Both the position numbers and the translations under genes were made by a program. From Pirellulales bacterium (GTDB lineage: Bacteria > Planctomycetota > Planctomycetia > Pirellulales > PALSA-1355): 64,000 nucleotides of DNA. A model generated the notes under the pieces. It was not told where the DNA came from. It searched no databases and saw nothing but the letters and a program-made list of their open reading frames with translations. Positions 1-14,764 of this stretch are shown here, one piece after another. The number at the start of each line of letters is the position of its first letter. Position 1 is the first letter of the stretch. The stretch is from NCBI GenBank assembly GCA_963733035.1, contig CAVTBU010000005.1, forward strand, positions 2,922,951 through 2,986,950, written 5' to 3'.

Positions 1-561
1 GCGGCCTGCGCACCAGTACAGGCGGCCGTCGGGGCCGAGGCTGCCGCCATGTAAATCGTCGGCCACGCCGGTGTTGGCGAAGCCGGTGACAAGCTGCTCG
101 CGTGTATCGGCTTTGTCATCGCCGTCGGTATCGGTCAATTTCCAGAAGCTGGGAGGCGAGGAGCAATAGACGGCGCCGTCATGCCACACGATGCCTTGCG
201 GAAACACCATTTTGTCGGCAAACACCGTGCTCTTGTCGAACCGTCCGTCGCCATCGGTGTCCGTGAGCAGGCGAATCACGTGCGGAGGGTTCTTGCTAAG
301 CTCAGCTCCGCGCAAATTCACGCCGGCTGAATCGCATACATAGAGCCGCCCCTGGTCGTCGAATGCCGCCAGCATGGGCCGCTCCACGAGCGGCGGCGCG
401 GCGACGACTTCGACGGTGAACCCATCAGGGACGGAAATGCTGGCCACTGCGCGGTCAACCGTTTGCGCGGGCTCGTCGCACTTCGCCGGCGCGGCGAGCG
501 CGATAATCGCCAAGACGAGGTGCAACGCGAGCGGCCGATACGGCGAATTTGATCGCGACAT
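1..561 (-). CDS. PVC-type heme-binding (glucose/sorbosone dehydrogenase-like) beta-propeller protein, 3' part outside window
   Basis: Manual translation from ATG 561: signal-like N-terminus, then SVPDGFTVEVVAAPPLVERPMLAAFDDQGRLYVCDS...IRLLTDTDGDGRFDKSTVFADKMVFPQGI...LGPDGRLYW; open to the window edge. Confidence 0.85.
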   Translation of the reverse strand, partial: MSRSNSPYRPLALHLVLAIIALAAPAKCDEPAQTVDRAVASISVPDGFTVEVVAAPPLVERPMLAAFDDQGRLYVCDSAGVNLRGAELSKNPPHVIRLLTDTDGDGRFDKSTVFADKMVFPQGIVWHDGAVYCSSPPSFWKLTDTDGDDKADTREQLVTGFANTGVADDLHGGSLGPDGRLYWCAGR

Positions 562-642
562 GAATCTTCTCAAGCTTACAGTTTGAAACCTACTAATACT
601 GCACGATTGTAATCGAAAGCCGGCCTCCGCGACCGGCGCGGT

Positions 643-2001
643 CTAGAAAAGCTGCTGAATCACCTGGCCGTCGGTGATCGCCAGGGGCCGGCCCAGGGGA
701 TCGTGCATGAGGGTGTGCGGCGCGAGCCCTAACGCATGGTATATGGATGCCACGACGTCGGCCGGACCGACAGGCAAGTCGGTTGGATAGGCACACGTCG
801 CGTCTGACTTTCCAACCAGGTTACCACCGCGCACGCCGCCGCCAGCCCACAACACGCTGGAACAGAATCCCCAATGATCGCGACCGCCGTCGCGGTTCAC
901 CTTGGGGGTCCGGCCGAACTCGCCCATCGTGACCACGAGCGTATCGTCGAGCAGACCTCGATCTTTAAGGTCGCCGAGCAGCGCCGACAGTCCCTGGTCT
1001 AGCAGCGGCAAGAGTTCGTCCTTGAGTGCCGGGAAATTCTGTTTGTGCGTATCCCAACCGTCGCACTTGGTCATGTGATTGAAGTGCACGCCGACGAATG
1101 ATACGCCGCACTCCACCATCCGCCGGGCCAGCAGGAGGCTTTGGCCAAAGCGATGTTTGCCGTAGCGCTTGTGCGTTTGAGGCGACTCGCGGTCGAGTGC
1201 AAACATGCCGTCGCCCGCCGAGCCGACTAAATCGGCAGCCGACTGGCGGAACGTTCGATACTCCTGCATCGCGGCCGATCGAGCGGTGTGGCCGTCGAGC
1301 ACTGCCAGCAGCGATTGACGCCCGGCGAACCGGTCGGGTGACATGTCGTCCGTTAGCTTCAAACCCAAGGGAGGCACGCCTGGGTCATCGTTGATCGCCA
1401 GTGGATCGTAGGCCGCACCCAATAGTCCCGCGCGCCCACCGCCCGCAACCGGCGTGGTTTGCTTTCGCACCTGTACTTCCGGAATGGCCACGTAGCCGGG
1501 GATACCACGCTTGCGATGCTTGAACTTTGCTACCACGGCACCCAGGTGCGGATCGTCAGACCGTGAGGGCGGCAGCACGGTGTTCGCACCCAGCGGTACA
1601 CGCGACGCTCGCCCGGTCAGGGTGTGGTAGATCATGAACGGGTGATCGTTGTTCGGAAACGTGACGCTCCGCAGAATCGATAAGTCGGGCGCATGCGCTG
1701 CGAGCCGTGGTAGGTGCTCGCAAAACCGCATCCCAGCCACGGGCGAGGCAATCGATTGGAATGGGCCGCGGATCTCCGCGGGTGCCTGGGGCTTCATGTC
1801 CCACATGTCGATCTGCGGCGGTCCCCCGAGCAGATAGACGAGAATGCAGCGCTTCGCTCGGCCAAAGGAGGCACTGGCCTGCGAACGTTCGTGGGTGAAT
1901 GCGTTTGCGCGGCGAGCCTGCGAGAGTCCGGCAAAAAAAGTTAGCGTGCCGGCCTGCAGGAAAGTTCGTCGAGTCGGTCGGAAAGGGATGCCGCTGCTCA
2001 T
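643..2001 (-). CDS. DUF1501 domain-containing protein (Tat-like signal)
   Basis: TRRTFLQAG signal, YLLGGPPQIDMWDMKP, GWDTH, MGEFGRTPKVN, GRDHW; start placed at MSSGIP. Confidence 0.9.
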   Translation of the reverse strand: MSSGIPFRPTRRTFLQAGTLTFFAGLSQARRANAFTHERSQASASFGRAKRCILVYLLGGPPQIDMWDMKPQAPAEIRGPFQSIASPVAGMRFCEHLPRLAAHAPDLSILRSVTFPNNDHPFMIYHTLTGRASRVPLGANTVLPPSRSDDPHLGAVVAKFKHRKRGIPGYVAIPEVQVRKQTTPVAGGGRAGLLGAAYDPLAINDDPGVPPLGLKLTDDMSPDRFAGRQSLLAVLDGHTARSAAMQEYRTFRQSAADLVGSAGDGMFALDRESPQTHKRYGKHRFGQSLLLARRMVECGVSFVGVHFNHMTKCDGWDTHKQNFPALKDELLPLLDQGLSALLGDLKDRGLLDDTLVVTMGEFGRTPKVNRDGGRDHWGFCSSVLWAGGGVRGGNLVGKSDATCAYPTDLPVGPADVVASIYHALGLAPHTLMHDPLGRPLAITDGQVIQQLF

Positions 2002-2081
2002 GGGTCTGATTGTACCGGACGCCACCACGACACGACAAATCACTTGCCGCCGTGACGGACTCCTACGAGGTGCACCGAGCG

Positions 2082-6464
<4,383 letters not shown>

Positions 6465-6603
6465 GCCCTTCATCATAGGCGTGCCGTGGGGCGATCGGCG
6501 AGTACCCCGTTGGCCAACTCGCGTGGATTGCTGCTGCGAGGGCGAACAGTATCCGGATGAGGTAGCGGTCGAGTTTTCAAACCCTAAGTTTTGTCGGACA
6601 AGA

Positions 6604-7629
6604 TCAAATCTGTACCGTGGGCTCGGCCACTTTGACGATGCGCTTGCCGATGTTGTCTCCTTCGAGCATGCCGATAAAGGCTCGAGGCAGGTTTTCGAAT
6701 CCTTCCACGACGTCCTCGCGGTACGTGAGCTTGCCCTCCTTGATCCAGCCGGCCATTTCCGCGGCGGCCGGGCCAAAGCGGTCGAAGAATTGAAACACCA
6801 AGAACCCTTCGGCCCGGGCTTGCTTGACGATCAATGCCCATAGCCAGCGTGGGCCGGTTTCGGGTTTTTCGACGTTGTACTGCGAGATTTGTCCGCAGAT
6901 CGACATGCGTGCTTTGACGTTCAACAGCGGGATCACGGCGTCCGTAATCGCACCGCCCACGTTGTCGAAATAAACGTCGATTCCCCTGGGGCAGAGCTCC
7001 TTAAGCTTCTCGACGTAGTTCTTCGTCGTCTTGTAGTTGAAGGCATCGTCGAAACCGAGCTCATTTACCAGGTATTGAACTTTCTCATCGCTGCCGGCAA
7101 TGCCGACGACGCGACAGCCTTTGATCTTGGCGATCTGGCCGACGATCATCCCCACGGCTCCAGCAGCGCCCGAAACGACGACCGTTTCACCCGCTTTCGG
7201 CTGACCGATGTCGAGCAGGCCGAAGTACGCAGTGAGGCCGGGCATGCCGAGGACGCCGATGGATGTCGAGATCGGCGCGATCGATCTGTCGATTTTGCGC
7301 ACACCCTGGCCGTTGGAAAGCGCATATTCCTGCCAACCGAATTCCCCCTGCACGATGTCGCCCACGCGAAACTTCGCATTGTTCGAAGCGATCACCTGGC
7401 CGACGACCCCACCGACCATCACGCCGCCGATCTCCACCGGCGCGGCATAGCTTTTGGCGTCGTTCATCCGGCCGCGCATGTACGGGTCGACCGAAATATA
7501 GAGGGCCTTGACGACCATCTCGCCAGAATTCGGTGAAGGGACCGGAGACTCGATGAGCTTGAAGTCCGACGGTTTCGGCATGCCCGCCGGCCGGGCCGCG
7601 AGCGTGAATCTGTGGTTCGTGAGTGCCAT
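6604..7629 (-). CDS. NADP-dependent oxidoreductase (CurA/YncB, prostaglandin reductase-like)
   Basis: LAARPAGMP, SVDPYMRGRM, LGMPGLTAYFGL, VSGAAGAVG, YFDNVGG, GDNIGK. Confidence 0.92.
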   Translation of the reverse strand: MALTNHRFTLAARPAGMPKPSDFKLIESPVPSPNSGEMVVKALYISVDPYMRGRMNDAKSYAAPVEIGGVMVGGVVGQVIASNNAKFRVGDIVQGEFGWQEYALSNGQGVRKIDRSIAPISTSIGVLGMPGLTAYFGLLDIGQPKAGETVVVSGAAGAVGMIVGQIAKIKGCRVVGIAGSDEKVQYLVNELGFDDAFNYKTTKNYVEKLKELCPRGIDVYFDNVGGAITDAVIPLLNVKARMSICGQISQYNVEKPETGPRWLWALIVKQARAEGFLVFQFFDRFGPAAAEMAGWIKEGKLTYREDVVEGFENLPRAFIGMLEGDNIGKRIVKVAEPTVQI

Positions 7630-7860
7630 GGATCGTGATTTGTGGTTGGTGGTTCGTGGAACAAGGGGGGCGCGAACTTTGAAGTTGTTGGCGCCGACGT
7701 CGACCGGATCATTGTCCCGATCCGCCGGCCCACTGGCAACGATAACCCGCGTTTGCGGCAAAATGCTTCTCAGCCCGACCAACGCGCGGTAGGATAAGCC
7801 GCGTTTGATGCGTTTGAGCGAGGAATTTCCCACCTCCGTTTTCTGCGTGGGGGCCATGCG

Positions 7861-9249
7861 ATGCTCCACCGACGCGACGCGATGATCCGGCTTGGCCAGG
7901 CCGGGTTGGGCGCTCTGGCCCTGCCAAACTTGCTACGGGCGGAAGCGGCCTTCGCGACGCCGGGGCTTCGACCCACGGCCAAGAGTTGCATCCTGTTGTA
8001 TCTGTGGGGCGGTCCGCCGCAACAGGACATGTGGGATCTCAAACCGGAAGCGCCCGAGGGCATTCGCAGCCAATTCAAACCGATCGACACGGTCGTGCCG
8101 GGCATTCAGATTTGCGACCAATTGCCGCACGTCGCCCAGCACACCGACAAGATGGCGATCATCCGCTCGTACACGCATCCGAGCAACTTGCACGAGGTCG
8201 GGGTCTATCACACGCTGACCGGCAAGATCAACAACACGTTGGTCGTGCCGCGGAATCAGCGCAACCGGAACGATTTTCCGCATCCGGGCTCGGTGGTCTC
8301 GTATTTCAGCACGCCCGGCGCGATGCCGGCCAGCGTGACGATTCCCTCGCCAATTGGTCATGACGGCGTCATTTATTCGGGCACCTATGCCGGCTTCCTC
8401 GGGGCCCAGCACGATCCGATGGAGCTTAAGCCGCCCGGCGAAGTGAAAAAGGCCGCGCCGCATAGCCTCGACCTGCTCGATGGGATTGACTCCACGCGAC
8501 TGCAAGCGCGGTTTGGATTGCTCAAGATACTCGAAGAGCAAGATCGGCTTGTACAGAAGCAGGGACCGATGCAGGGTGTGGCCGGCCTCGAACAGTTCCG
8601 CGAGCAGGCCTATCGCATGCTCACGTCACCCGAGTCGCGCGGTGCATTTGAACTGGCGGGCGAAAGCGACAAACTGCGCGATCGCTACGGTCGCAATGAA
8701 TATGGCGAGAGTTTTCTGCTCGCCCGCCGGCTAATCGAGTCGGGTGTGCGGCTGGTGACCGTCGTCTGGTCGTACATCTGTCCCGATGGCAACGTGGCCA
8801 ACGTGTGGGACAACCATGGCGGCACCGGCTCGCTGGGCGGCATCGGCGGCTATGCGATGCTGAAGCAAAAGTATTGTCTGCCGCCCTTGGATCTGGCCTA
8901 CTCGGCGCTGCTCGAAGACCTGCAAGCTCGCGGGCTGCTGGACGAAACGTTGGTGGTAATGCTCGGCGAATTCGGACGCACCCCGCAGATCAATAAAGCG
9001 CAAGGTCGCGATCACTGGGGGGCGTGCCAGAGTGTGATTCTTGCCGGCGGCGGCGTCCGGGGCGGCCAGGTCCACGGCTCGAGCGACCAGCACGCCGCTT
9101 ATCCACGCTCGAATCCCGTGGCGCCCGAGGACGTAATCGCCACGATGTACCACGCCCTGGGTATCCCGCCCGAGAGCCTCATCCACGACCGCGAGAATCG
9201 CCCGCACCGCATCAGCGAAGGTCGGCCGCTGGTGGAGCTGTTTGGGTGA
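7861..9249 (+). CDS. DUF1501 domain-containing protein (Tat-like signal)
   Basis: HRRDAMIRLG, LWGGPPQQDMWDLKP, WDNH, GEFGRTPQIN, GRDHW. Confidence 0.9.
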   Translation: MLHRRDAMIRLGQAGLGALALPNLLRAEAAFATPGLRPTAKSCILLYLWGGPPQQDMWDLKPEAPEGIRSQFKPIDTVVPGIQICDQLPHVAQHTDKMAIIRSYTHPSNLHEVGVYHTLTGKINNTLVVPRNQRNRNDFPHPGSVVSYFSTPGAMPASVTIPSPIGHDGVIYSGTYAGFLGAQHDPMELKPPGEVKKAAPHSLDLLDGIDSTRLQARFGLLKILEEQDRLVQKQGPMQGVAGLEQFREQAYRMLTSPESRGAFELAGESDKLRDRYGRNEYGESFLLARRLIESGVRLVTVVWSYICPDGNVANVWDNHGGTGSLGGIGGYAMLKQKYCLPPLDLAYSALLEDLQARGLLDETLVVMLGEFGRTPQINKAQGRDHWGACQSVILAGGGVRGGQVHGSSDQHAAYPRSNPVAPEDVIATMYHALGIPPESLIHDRENRPHRISEGRPLVELFG

Positions 9250-9468
9250 GTATGCCAAACGGGGTCTAGCAAGCAAGCCGCAGTGTAATGCCGCGGAACC
9301 CGCTACGTTGATTTTGCGCGGCAGGGGGGATGATGGGGGGCCCGTCTTCGGGTAACTTCGCGACTGACGGAATGCCTACGAGTGCCGGCAAAATCACGCT
9401 AGCCGCGTGACTTGCTCCCAGCGTTGATTCTTTTTCCACCACCCGTAAACGTTTCACCGAGACTCGAC

Positions 9469-9822
9469 GTGCGTGACAAAGCAACGCTGATATTTCCCGT
9501 CCTGATGATCGCGGTCGGAAGCGGGTGGCTTCTCACCACGCTCGGAATTGCTCCTGGCGTCGATTGGATATGGACGCTGCTGTTGGCGATCGTCGGGCTG
9601 TTAGCGTTCGTCGTGGGGGGCTTCGACAAAGTGACGGCCGTGGTTGGGACATTTCTGATTATCGCCAGTTGCTTGTCACTTTTACGTCAAACGGGACGTT
9701 TGGCTTTGGATATCGAGGTCCCCATCCTGGTGATCATCGCCGGCGCGCTTGTCCTGATAGCTCATCTGCCCGCCATCCCTTCACCAAAGTGGATTATTCG
9801 GGATCCGAATTCGCGGCGGTGA
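9469..9822 (+). CDS. small hypothetical membrane protein (about 4 TM helices)
   Basis: Hydrophobic ORF (LIFPVLMIAVGSGWLL...VPILVIIAGALVLI); GTG start assumed. Confidence 0.7.
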   Translation: MRDKATLIFPVLMIAVGSGWLLTTLGIAPGVDWIWTLLLAIVGLLAFVVGGFDKVTAVVGTFLIIASCLSLLRQTGRLALDIEVPILVIIAGALVLIAHLPAIPSPKWIIRDPNSRR

Positions 9823-10107
9823 GGGTTGTAAATCAGGTACCACCAGGAATCAACGCGCTCCGTCGAGCGTGGTTTCGATAACACGATCGCTTGGCCAACA
9901 TCCGCTTTCTTGCCTCGAGTTCGGCAACTTGCTCGTGATGCATGTCTTTGGGCGAACGATGGGGCTGCGGTTGAGTTCTCACAACCGGCCCTTGAATTTG
10001 GGCCCCCGGCCATGCTAACCTTGAGGGATTTTAGACCGGAACCTGGGCCATTGGGGGCTTCGGGTCATGGTCACTTGCTCGACTCCTTGGGGGAAGGTTC
10101 ACCAACC

Positions 10108-13100
10108 GTGCCGCGACGCGACGATTTGCACAAAATTCTGATCCTTGGCTCGGGCCCGATCGTGATCGGTCAGGCCTGTGAGTTTGACTACTCGGGTACG
10201 CAGGCCTGCAAGGCCCTTCGCGAGGAAGGCTACGAGGTCGTGCTCGTGAATTCCAACCCGGCCACGATCATGACCGACCCGGGCATGGCCGACCGGACCT
10301 ACATCGAGCCACTGACCTGGGAGGTCGTGGCCAAGATCATCGAGACCGAGCGGCCCGACGCGGTGCTGCCGACCCTGGGCGGGCAGACGGCGTTGAACCT
10401 GGCGATGGAACTCTCCCAACACGGCGTGCTGGAAAAGTACGCGGTGGAGATGATTGGTGCCCGGCCCGACGTGATCGACAAGGCTGAGAATCGCAACCGG
10501 TTCAAAGCGGCGATGGAAAAGATTGGGCTGGAGGTGTGCCGCGGCGATACCGTGCACAATTTGAAGGAAGCCCGTGAAATGCTAGGCAAGATCGGCTTGC
10601 CGTGCGTGATCCGCCCTAGCTTCACCATGGGGGGCAGTGGCTCGGCCATTGCCTACAACCGCAACGAGTTCGACCAGTTGGTGACGCGCGGCCTTGAATC
10701 GTCGCCGGTGACCGAAGTGCTGATCGAGGAATCGATCATCGGCTGGAAAGAGTACGAAATGGAGGTGATGCGCGACGCCGACGATAACGTCGTGATCATT
10801 TGCTCGATCGAGAATTTCGATCCGATGGGTGTACACACGGGTGACTCGATCACCGTGGCTCCAGCCCAGACGCTCACCGACAAGGAATACCAGCGGATGC
10901 GCGACGCTTCGCTGGCGGTGATTCGCGAGATTGGCGTCGAGACGGGCGGCTCGAATATTCAATTCGCAATCCACCCGCAAACTGGGCGGATGATCGTCAT
11001 CGAGATGAATCCACGCGTGAGCCGTTCGAGCGCCCTGGCATCGAAGGCCACGGGCTTTCCGATTGCCAAGATCGCGGCCAAGCTGGCCGTCGGCTACCGA
11101 TTGCACGAACTGCCGAACGACATCACTCGCGAAACGCGGGCTTGTTTCGAGCCGACGATCGACTACGTGGTGACCAAGATTCCGCGGTTCGCCTTCGAAA
11201 AGTTCCCCGAAGCCGATCCGATGCTCACCACGCAGATGAAGAGCGTCGGCGAGACGATGGCCATCGGACGCACGTTCAAAGAGTCGTTTCAAAAGGCGCT
11301 GCGCGGGCTGGAAGTCGGCAGCTTTGGCTTCGGTTGCGACGCCAAGGACCGCTGGGGCACTCCCGAGCAACCCGACCACGATGAGATTCGCGTCAAACTG
11401 ACCACGCCTGCAGACGACCGCGTTTGGTTTATTCGTTATGCATTCAAGAGCGGGATGTCGATCGACGAAGTGCACAAGCTTTCGCACATCGACCCGTGGT
11501 TCCTGCAGCATTTGCGCGAGATCGTCGAGCTGGAAGAAGAATTGCGGACGCATGATGGCCCTGCCGCGGCGAGCGACGAATTGATTCGACGGGCCAAGCA
11601 GGCAGGCTTTTCGGATCGCCAGCTGGCGACAATTTGGAGCACGAACGAAATCGCGATTCGCAACGACCGGAAGAAGCGGGGAATCGTGGCGACGTTCAAA
11701 TCGGTCGACACCTGCGCCGCGGAGTTCGAGGCCTACACGCCGTACTACTACTCGACCTATGAGGATGAGGACGAAACGCCGACCAGGCGACCAGGTCAGA
11801 AACGGATCATGATCTTGGGGGGCGGGCCAAATCGCATTGGCCAGGGCATCGAGTTCGACTACTGCTGTTGTCACGCGAGTTTCGCGCTGCGAGAGATGGG
11901 CATCGAGTCGATCATGGTCAACTCGAATCCCGAGACGGTCAGCACGGACTACGACACGAGCGACCTGTTGTTCTTCGAGCCGCTGACGACCGAGGATGTG
12001 CTGAACATCTGCGATCGCGTGCAGCCCGATGGCGTAATCGTCCAATTCGGCGGCCAGACGCCGCTCAACCTGGCCCGAGCGCTATCGAGTGCCGGCGTGC
12101 CGATCATTGGCACCAGCGTCGACACGATCGAAGATGCCGAGGACCGCGAAAAGTTCCAGCGACTGCTGCAGCGATTGGGGCTCAAGCAGCCGGCCAACGG
12201 CATCGCCCGCACCATGGCCCAGGCACGCACCGAAGCGGCCAAAATCGGATATCCGGCGCTGGTGCGACCGAGCTTCGTGCTGGGCGGCCGGGCGATGGAA
12301 ATCTGTTACGATCAGACGCAGCTCGAACGCTTCGTGGCCGAGGCATTTATCGTTGCACAAGGACAGCCCGTACTGATTGACCGGTTCTTGGAAGACGCGA
12401 TCGAGGTGGACGTCGACGCCATCAGCGACGGACAACAGGTGGTCGTGGCCGGCGTGATGGAACACATCGAGGAGGCGGGCGTTCACTCGGGCGATTCTGC
12501 TTGCGTGATTCCACCCTACAGCTTGCAGGGCCCGATCCTGGCCGAGATTCGGGCCGCCACGCACGCGCTAGCCAGGCAGTTGCGAGTCGTCGGCCTGATG
12601 AACATTCAATTTGCCATCAAGAAGGAAGACGGCAAGCAGATTCTGTACGTGCTGGAAGTGAACCCCCGCGCCAGCCGCACGGTGCCGTTCGTATCGAAGG
12701 CGACCGGGGTGCCCGTGGCCAAGATCGCCGCCAAGGTGATGGCCGGCATGACGCTCGCCGAATTGGGCTGCGAGCGCGAGCCGATCCCCAGCCACGTGTC
12801 GATTAAGGAAAGCGTGTTTCCGTTCCGGAAGTTTGCCGGCGTGGATATCGTGCTCGGCCCCGAGATGCGGTCGACGGGCGAAGTGATGGGGATCAGCGAG
12901 CGGTTTTCGATCGCGTTTGCCAAGGCACAATTGGCCGCCGGCACGGTGCTGCCCAGCGAGGGGATGATCTTTATAAGCGTGGCCAAGCCGGCCAAGGAAC
13001 ACATGGTTGGACTGGCCGGGCGGTTGGCCAAGCTGGGCTACAAGCTGATGGCGACCGAGGGGACCGCGCGGCGGCTGGAGGCGGCCGGCATTCCGGTGCA

Positions 13101-13380
13101 GCATGTGAACAAGCTGCAGGAAGGTCAGCCGAATTTGCTCGACTATTTGGTCGACGGGGCGATTCAACTGATCATGAACACGCCCAGCGGCAAGGGAGCC
13201 CGCACCGATGAAGGCCGGATTCGTGCGGCCGCGGTGGCGGGCGGCGTGCCGTGCATCACGACGATTCAGGCGGCCGACGCGGCCGTGCGCGCGATGGAGG
13301 CGCTGCGAAACGAAGAGATCACCGTGCAGTCTCTACAGGATCGCTTTGCCCCCGAGCCGCGACGCAAGCAACCCGTCTAG
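10108..13380 (+). CDS. carB: carbamoyl-phosphate synthase large subunit
   Basis: [34 protein letters not shown], two ATP-grasp halves ([19 protein letters not shown]), C-terminal MGS domain; GTG start. Confidence 0.98.
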   Translation: MPRRDDLHKILILGSGPIVIGQACEFDYSGTQACKALREEGYEVVLVNSNPATIMTDPGMADRTYIEPLTWEVVAKIIETERPDAVLPTLGGQTALNLAMELSQHGVLEKYAVEMIGARPDVIDKAENRNRFKAAMEKIGLEVCRGDTVHNLKEAREMLGKIGLPCVIRPSFTMGGSGSAIAYNRNEFDQLVTRGLESSPVTEVLIEESIIGWKEYEMEVMRDADDNVVIICSIENFDPMGVHTGDSITVAPAQTLTDKEYQRMRDASLAVIREIGVETGGSNIQFAIHPQTGRMIVIEMNPRVSRSSALASKATGFPIAKIAAKLAVGYRLHELPNDITRETRACFEPTIDYVVTKIPRFAFEKFPEADPMLTTQMKSVGETMAIGRTFKESFQKALRGLEVGSFGFGCDAKDRWGTPEQPDHDEIRVKLTTPADDRVWFIRYAFKSGMSIDEVHKLSHIDPWFLQHLREIVELEEELRTHDGPAAASDELIRRAKQAGFSDRQLATIWSTNEIAIRNDRKKRGIVATFKSVDTCAAEFEAYTPYYYSTYEDEDETPTRRPGQKRIMILGGGPNRIGQGIEFDYCCCHASFALREMGIESIMVNSNPETVSTDYDTSDLLFFEPLTTEDVLNICDRVQPDGVIVQFGGQTPLNLARALSSAGVPIIGTSVDTIEDAEDREKFQRLLQRLGLKQPANGIARTMAQARTEAAKIGYPALVRPSFVLGGRAMEICYDQTQLERFVAEAFIVAQGQPVLIDRFLEDAIEVDVDAISDGQQVVVAGVMEHIEEAGVHSGDSACVIPPYSLQGPILAEIRAATHALARQLRVVGLMNIQFAIKKEDGKQILYVLEVNPRASRTVPFVSKATGVPVAKIAAKVMAGMTLAELGCEREPIPSHVSIKESVFPFRKFAGVDIVLGPEMRSTGEVMGISERFSIAFAKAQLAAGTVLPSEGMIFISVAKPAKEHMVGLAGRLAKLGYKLMATEGTARRLEAAGIPVQHVNKLQEGQPNLLDYLVDGAIQLIMNTPSGKGARTDEGRIRAAAVAGGVPCITTIQAADAAVRAMEALRNEEITVQSLQDRFAPEPRRKQPV

Positions 13381-13402
13381 CCAAGCGAGCACAAGGCACC
13401 GC

Positions 13403-13798
13403 ATGCTCCCTGAACTTTCCCTGTGGCAGAAGCTGCTGTTGATTGCTGTCGCTGGAGCCGCGGGAACGCTAACGCGATTTTTCGTTGCAACGGTCGTGCA
13501 GCGCAATCAGCCCTTTGACTTTCCGATGGGAACGCTGGCGGTCAATGCGCTGGGGTGCTTGCTGTTTGGCATTGTTTGGTCGCTGGCCGAAGGGCGGATG
13601 GTCATCAGCCCTAGCACCAGGCTCATCGTGCTGGTCGGCTTCATGGGCGCCTTTACCACGTTCTCGACGTTTAGTTTCGAGACCGCGGAACTGCTCGAGC
13701 ATTCCCGCTGGTTCACTGCCGCCGGAAACGTGCTGCTGCAGAACATAACCGGCATTTTGTTGGCCATGGCGGGCATGGCCTTGGGGCGGCTGTTCTAG
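13403..13798 (+). CDS. crcB: fluoride efflux channel CrcB/FluC
   Basis: GAAGTLTRF, PMGTLAVNALGC, GFMGAFTTFSTFSFET signature. Confidence 0.93.
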   Translation: MLPELSLWQKLLLIAVAGAAGTLTRFFVATVVQRNQPFDFPMGTLAVNALGCLLFGIVWSLAEGRMVISPSTRLIVLVGFMGAFTTFSTFSFETAELLEHSRWFTAAGNVLLQNITGILLAMAGMALGRLF

Positions 13799-13892
13799 TC
13801 GCGGCATCGCCGGGGAGAAAAGATTGCCTCCGGCCGCCATGGAGTGTTATATTCCAACTCTTCCTATCGCCATCCAATGCGGAGCCGTCGCC

Positions 13893-14637
13893 ATGCGCAC
13901 TCTTCTGGTTGCTCTGGTATCGCTGGTTTCATTCCACTCGTCGTTTGCCGAGTCGCCGGATCCGCCGCTCGATAACAAGCGGCTGACCGTGCACACGCTG
14001 GTGCGCGAGGACATCTTTGCGGGCTGGCGCAAAGAACATGGAACGCTTCGAGCGCGGCGAGAAGAACATCGACCTGTTGCTCGAGCAGCGGCCCCAGTCT
14101 CGGGCGGAACTTGTGGCTTGGAAAGGTGGCGCGAAACTCTTTCGCGCGGTGCTGGCGCTGGAAGCCGGCAATCAAGATGAGTTTCAGAAAAACTACGACG
14201 AGGCGGTCGCGCTGCTGGATGAGGCCAAGAAGCTGGGCCCCAAGATTCCCGGCGTGGCTGCCGTGGTTGGCGGAAGCTACCTGACGTTTGGCGATCGCCT
14301 GCCCGAAGTGCATCGCGCCGACGCCTGGCAAAAGGCCTACGACAACTACCAGGTTCTGTGGAGTCAGCAGGGCAAGCTCGTCGAGCGACTCCCGCTGCAT
14401 ATTCAGGGTGAACTGCTGGCCGGCATGGTGCAATCGGCCCAGCGCACCGGCCGTCAGAAGGAATACGAGGAGTTCCTCGACAAGGTGATCGAGGTCATGC
14501 CCGACACGGCCTACGCGCGAGTCGCAACCCGCTGGAAGAGCGAGCCGGCGGCCGCGGCCACGGGTAACATTTCTTGCAAGAGCTGCCATGCGGACGGTCG
14601 GCTGGAGGCGCGGCTGGCTGTGATTGAGGGGAAGTGA
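13893..14637 (+). CDS. secreted helical protein with C-terminal CxxCH motif (frameshift near 14028)
   Basis: Signal peptide MRTLLVALVSLVSFHSSFA; ...REDIFAGWR joins KNMERFERGEK... in another frame; ends SCKSCHADGRL. Confidence 0.7.
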
Positions 14638-14764
14638 TCGTCTTACTTGTCAATCGAATGGCGGCGTCTAAACCGTCACGCTCCGTCAATCGCGTGCAGT
14701 AAGGCGCAGTCTCGGTCAGGCTGGCGACGAGCGCCCTGTTGCGGAAGCACGACTTTGTCCGCCC

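Noticed and set aside
6465..6776. N-terminal extensions in the ORF track (lhr from 6776; also carB from 9910, multiheme from 20934, CHAT from 31279, DUF1549 from 33746)
   Set aside because: They overlap neighbours or lack family similarity; recognisable sequence starts at later codons
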